Assembly: GCA_002704755.1 (NCBI GenBank)
Contig: PAHC01000011.1
Coordinates: forward strand, 66,780-130,779
Reading direction: 5' to 3'
DNA: 64,000 nt
Source of the DNA: Rhodobiaceae bacterium
GTDB lineage: Bacteria > Pseudomonadota > Alphaproteobacteria > Rhizobiales > TMED25
Shown: positions 63,501-64,000 of the stretch, in pieces
How positions within the stretch are numbered: the first letter of the stretch is position 1
How the letters are laid out: every line of letters starts with the position of its first letter
Position numbers and translations under genes: made by a program
The notes under the pieces: model-generated
What the model was told of the DNA's origin: nothing
The model's database searches: none
What the model saw: only the letters and a program-made list of their open reading frames with translations

Positions 63501-63884
63501 TTACAGCTTAGCAGTAATACTTCCACCCATTAAAACTAGAGGCTCATACTTCGAGAATAATTCAAAAAATTCATTTATTCTTTCCCATGATTGACCCATT
63601 TCTGAGTGCTTATTCAGATGTTCACCATCTATATGAACTTCATTCAGAGAATAAATGATATTGCCGTTGGTCCCTTTCGATGGATCCATCATATCATTAA
63701 ACTCAGGTGCCTTTGTTACATAGTATTCTAAAGTATGTAGTTTGCCCTCTTCTTCCACCAATGAATGAGTATCTTTCATCCAACTAGCGTGTGACTCAAT
63801 TAATTCATCTACGTGCGCTGCATCTGACTCAGGGACTCTCATGGTAAATCCAAATGTTATATTTTCTTTTCCAAAACTCATCAT
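63501..63884 (-). CDS. hypothetical protein
   Basis: 127-aa ORF preceded by a strong SD (TAAGGAGATAG ATG). I recognise no family motif. Confidence 0.5.
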   Translation of the reverse strand: MMSFGKENITFGFTMRVPESDAAHVDELIESHASWMKDTHSLVEEEGKLHTLEYYVTKAPEFNDMMDPSKGTNGNIIYSLNEVHIDGEHLNKHSEMGQSWERINEFFELFSKYEPLVLMGGSITAKL

Positions 63885-64000
63885 CTATCTCCTTATAATT
63901 TATGATTATTGTTACTACTTAATAGGTTGGATAGTATAGGCTTTATAGTCTATATTCATACTTTTTTTCATAAATGATACTTGTTAAATAACTATTACAA

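Noticed and set aside
63915-63971. 18-codon minus-strand ORF (MKKSMNIDYKAYTIQPIK) upstream of the 127-aa hypothetical gene, considered as a possible leader peptide.
   Set aside because: It is too short to evaluate, has no SD and no attenuator-like structure that I can see, and lies near the window edge.

Overview
Visibly AT-rich (roughly 30% G+C by eye, not computed) and very gene-dense. Most spacers are under 100 nt and many neighbouring genes overlap by 4 nt. Gene content and order are classic alphaproteobacterial core synteny: mutY-DUF721-dsbA-smc, atpI-B-E-F'-F, ispH-thrB-rnhA, coxB-coxA-ctaB-ctaG-coxC-DUF983-surf1-thrC-M16-GNAT, lspA-ileS-ribF, and hisS-hisZ-hisG. CcrM, a plant-type GshA and a tRNA-His without G-1 are also present. 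By inference this is a streamlined marine alphaproteobacterium of the SAR11/Pelagibacterales kind; I cannot confirm that without a database search. I support about 70 protein genes, one tRNA (His), a CIRCE operator upstream of groESL and one clear intrinsic terminator. I saw no CRISPR array, transposase, integrase, phage genes, toxin-antitoxin pair or recognisable defence system. I did not find convincing evidence for a novel multi-gene system, and this looks like ordinary core chromosome. Points worth a second look: (1) smc and lpxK are each broken by a -1 frame change exactly inside an A10 and an A9 tract. (2) ispH has no canonical start codon upstream of its conserved N-terminal Fe-S motif. 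(3) An unannotated 51-aa membrane ORF sits between ctaB and ctaG. (4) A family-4 UDG-like protein has a degenerate catalytic motif and has lost its cluster cysteines. (5) tRNA-His has T at -1 and A73. (6) Convergent genes share stop codons, leaving almost no room for terminators.
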